Source: Azolla caroliniana (Eukaryota > Plantae > Polypodiophyta). From it: a stretch of DNA of 64,000 nt. The notes beneath the pieces were generated by a model. That model made no database searches. It had not been told where the DNA came from and saw only the letters and a program-made list of their open reading frames with translations. Location of the stretch: assembly GCA_043228905.1 (NCBI GenBank), contig JBHGNT010000014.1, positions 3,348,001 through 3,412,000 on the forward strand. Direction: 5' to 3'. Positions 60,231 to 64,000 of this stretch are shown in pieces. The position numbers and the translations under genes are program-made. The first letter of the stretch is position 1. Every line of letters begins with the position of its first letter.

Positions 60231-61632
60231 CCACTAGTGCATGGTCACTATGGTTTTGGGGATATTATTATTGAAGGGATCAATAGAATGTTTTGTACAC
60301 AGTCCTAGAGCTGGCAATATGGGGAAGTGTTTTCACTTGACCTTGATGAGGTCAGTGAGATAGCAAAGCTTATATGGAATTGGTGGAAAAGGTATTGTGT
60401 GAGATCCAAAATCTTCTTATGAACAAAGAAACATGCAAAAGTTTGGGTGTCAATGAATGTCTCGATATCCAAATGACAATGATAAGGAAGTCCAAAGCAG
60501 GAACTTGCTTGCAAAAGAATCTAGTTTGGAGGAGAAATTGAGGGAAAGTCCTTCAAAGTAAAGCAATAATTTGAGGAATGGGTCAAGTGCATATTAGATT
60601 GAACAATATCCAAGATGAACCAAGCACGCCAACCACTAATGTAAGTCAACAAACATGCAAAATAAGAGAACCCAATTCATTAGGCACGTTTCAATTGTTA
60701 AGGAACAAACAACAATTGTGAAGGTCACATAATTTTAATTTTGAAACTGAAAAAAAACAGCTAAAAAATTAGTAATCTATAGAGCTCCACCAAAACGCAC
60801 TTCAATTGACCAATGTACAAAGAAAAAAACTATGGTGAAAGTGTTACAAAACATCATCAACTACACAATGACATTGCAAATAAACCTCATATGATGGAGG
60901 CTCAAGCAAATACAAGTAGGGTGGATGTACTAGAAATACCAATGATATGAATTTGGTAAACACCATTCAAAAACCATACCATGAAATGATGTTTTAATGT
61001 CACAATTTTGTCTTGATTCCAACATAATTTTTCTAGTGCATGTTATCATGCTATTTGCAAAACTAGAAAACAATGTTGATCAACGGGATCATAACACTTC
61101 AGAGGAGAGTTAATTCAACTCAAGAAGGATTTACACAAGTTGAATCAAGCCATCAACAAAATCTAGAGAAGAACAAGAGCCAAGTATTGTTGAACAAAGG
61201 TTTGTTGGAGTTTGTAAAAGCAGATTTGGTAGATTATTTGATCTCAAGAAAGTAGTGGAGTTTGAAATTGAAATGTAGACAAGGAATCAATATAAAACAT
61301 GGAGGAGGGAATCGTTAAATGTAATAAAGGCAATGAGGCTAGGTTATTAGAACTTGAAATGTATTTTAATGATCATTATGAAGATTTACCAAGTTGGCAT
61401 TTTAAATTTATCATAATGGGAAGCTTAGGATGAGAGTATTGTCATGGCCAAAAGTATATTAGAACCATTCCAAGATGATGTTGGGTGTGGGTGGGGACAC
61501 ATGATTGTAATGTTGTGGGCAAGGGGTTGGACATGCATAATAGCCATTATGCATGGGGGCTACTATATAAGAGCATGTCCTATGGTTAGGAGGATGGGCC
61601 TTAGCACACGCCAACACCACACCTTTCTTAAC

Positions 61633-61680
61633 CATCATCATCATCATCATCATCTTCTTCTTCTTCTTCTTCTTCTTCTT
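61633..61680. repeat. Compound (CAT)n(CTT)n microsatellite
   Basis: Directly visible. Confidence 0.9.
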
Positions 61681-62069
61681 TGTAACACCCCCATTTTTAT
61701 TTTGAGAGAGAGAAATGAGGTTGTGACATCGGTACCAAAGTTCTTCTTATCGATCCTTTCCCATAAACCAATCATTGTTGCCATTATACCTTTTGCATCC
61801 CTTGTTGCTACCCATTGATGTTGCTTGGTCACGTCTATTTCATCAAGTTTTCCATAGGTATTTTGCGGTCTAGCGTGGAAGCAACATTACGTTGTCGTGA
61901 TGACGCGCGTGTGTGTGCTACTCAAGTGGGACCACGATGGTCTTGGACTAGGAAGTAGAAAGGATGGAAGGCTCGATGAAGATTCGGCGCGTCAACTTCG
62001 TCTCCCCAAAAAGTCAACATGTTGACTAGACATACCATCAAGCAAAAGTCAACGTATCTAAAAGGTCAA

Positions 62070-62280
62070 CTCATCGAGTTTGACCAGGCTTGTTGAGTTT
62101 GACCTCATTCGTCGGGTTTGACTAGTGACTCGTTGAGTCTGACTGGGCTCATTGAGTCTGACCTCACTCGTGGAGTATGACTGCTCACTCATGGAGTTTG
62201 ATTGGTCACTCGTGGAGTCTATTCGCTCTCGTCGAGTTTGACTAGTTATTCATTGAGTTTGACCAAACACTCGTCGAACT
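62070..62280. repeat. Minisatellite, about 10.5 units of 19-21 bp
   Basis: Core CTCRTBGAGTYTGAC followed by a variable 4-6 nt linker. Confidence 0.85.
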
Positions 62281-63272
62281 TCCTTAACGGACAAAGCTTG
62301 TTGTTTTTCCTTGCCAGACAACTTATCGATCGCTCTCGACCCATAAGACGATTAACATGCGATCAAGTTCGAAATATACATGTAAGGGTAAATACATGGG
62401 ATTAAGACAAAAATATGGGCAAACATACAAGAGATATGTTATAAAATAGGGTGTTACACAAATACCACGATTTTGGTGGTTTTTACAAGAATTGAACGTA
62501 TGATAAAGCACAAACGGTGATGAAACAAACACAAAAGGGGAGCTAAATAGAATCCGTTGAAGGTGAGTCTAGTGGTTACGTTTCCTCGAATTGGAGTAGC
62601 TCTCATGCCACTACAACCTTCCTTCAATGACCAGCGCACGAGTTAGTCCACCTTTACCCGAAGAAGAAGAAGGAGAAAGAGAGGTTCTCAAACCCTAACC
62701 CAAGAAGAAGAAGAAAAAGAAAGAAAGAGATGAAACCCTAAATGGTACAAACTCCTTAGGGCAAAATGGACGACCGTAACTAAGCTCTCTCCCCTGCTTT
62801 TTATAGAGAAAGGAGGAGCCTATTTTGGCATTTAATATAATTTTATTTCATTGCTTCAAAATTTCAAAGAGAATAAAATAACCCTTAACCCACATTGACA
62901 AAGATTCAAACTATGCACCCCTCTATACACATTGAATGGCTCTAACAACTAGGCCTTCACCCACATTTATTATTTATTTCTTTTCGTATCTACATATCGT
63001 TTTGTAATGTGCGTGGAACCTCACTTTTTCTCGTTTTCCTCCTTTGGCCACACTACATCACGACATCCACCCCCACCAAACTGCACATCCTCTGGCATGT
63101 GCCATGAAAAAAGGGTGATTGATAGGGCCAATGGTAGCCAACCTTTGGGTCCTTCATTCCCTGCGCCGCGCCTACGCCATCTTTATCGCTCCACTTCGAG
63201 CAAATCCATTCTTTCCACCCAAACCACCGTCGCCATCCAATCCATCATCTCCTTCGCCTGCTCTTTGCATTG

Positions 63273-64000
63273 TGTTGTGCGAGCTAAGTCAACCACATCC
63301 GGATCGACTAAACAAGCTAGAGCCGGATCGGTGTCCGGGTGGTATCCGGAACCATGAGCCGGATCAGAGAAACGAATCGGAGAGCCGGATTCAAATGTGA
63401 ACTAGAAGGCTAGTAGTTGCCTATACTCCTAGACTACTTGGTAGTGAGAGTCCTCGTAGTTAGTGACAGCCGCTCATATGAGCATTGAAGTACATAGTAC
63501 TTCTATCAGTCCTTTTGAGGACTTGTATAAATAGTGTTGTTTAGCACGTTGTATATGACAAGAAAAGACATAATGTTATTTTTTTAATAGAGTTTACGTT
63601 CCGCTCTCTCTGTCTCTCCCGTGTATGCAAAATATGTTCAAGCTTCCATTGAACCTGTGTTTTATTCTCTGTTGCTGCCCCGCTAAACTGGTTTTGTCAA
63701 GCTTTTGCACACTAACTTTTACATGGTATCAGAGCACGAGGGTTGAGACTCCTCTGCAACCGACAGACGCTTCCGAAGACAAACCCTAACACCCGGTGAA
63801 GAATAGTAGAGAATCGAGATGGACAGAGGTATGGTAAGTTCGCTTCCCACAGAAAAGCTCAACCGGAGCAACTATGCATCCTGGTCATATAAAATGCACC
63901 AGTACCTGCTGGGGCATGGATATTGGAGCTATGTGGAAGGAACCAACGAGGTAGCACCGGAGCCGACACACAAAGATTTCCCGGCATGGGAGGAAGGAGC
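63273..64000 (+). mobile_element. 5' end of a Ty1/copia element: LTR (~63273-63723), iMet PBS, gag start
   Basis: ...TTTTACA then TGGTATCAGAGC at 63724-63735. TATAAAT at about 63526. The left LTR boundary is approximate. Confidence 0.85.
63819..64000 (+). CDS. gag: Copia gag N-terminus (runs off the window)
   Basis: MDRGMVSSLPTEKLNRSNYASWSYKMHQYLLGHGYWSYVEG: copia gag KL..NY..W motif. Confidence 0.8.
   Translation, partial: MDRGMVSSLPTEKLNRSNYASWSYKMHQYLLGHGYWSYVEGTNEVAPEPTHKDFPAWEEG

Noticed and set aside
62070-62280. CRISPR-like repeat-spacer array
   Set aside because: Linkers are only 4-6 nt, the cores are degenerate, the context is eukaryotic and there are no cas genes. It is a minisatellite.

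Overview
Repeat-rich plant nuclear DNA; the retroelement mix suggests a fern or other non-seed plant, which is my inference. There are two intron-containing host genes: an O-fucosyltransferase-family (DUF246/GT106) gene on the minus strand (2078-12380) and a clade II SCPL42-like serine carboxypeptidase on the plus strand (48484-52583). Most of the rest is LTR retrotransposon. Ty1/copia: 5315-10026 (TSD ATAAG), 12761-18914 (with a nested solo LTR at 13775-14600), 33203-~38100, and fragments. Ty3/gypsy: a non-chromovirus element with an extra 885-aa ORF (21644-31008, TSD GATAG), a Tcn1/Tf1-type self-priming element (39013-43919), and a very young chromovirus with apparently identical LTRs (53121-60230, TSD CCACT). 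Two observations stand out. (1) The 21.6-31.0 kb gypsy has no polypurine tract; in its place is a hairpin ending in the same CGTGCCA as its primer tRNA, which raises the possibility of tRNA-like priming of both strands. (2) Two dissimilar LTRs each carry an antisense tRNA-like Pol III A/B-box module with tRNA spacing. All coordinates and alignments were read by eye.
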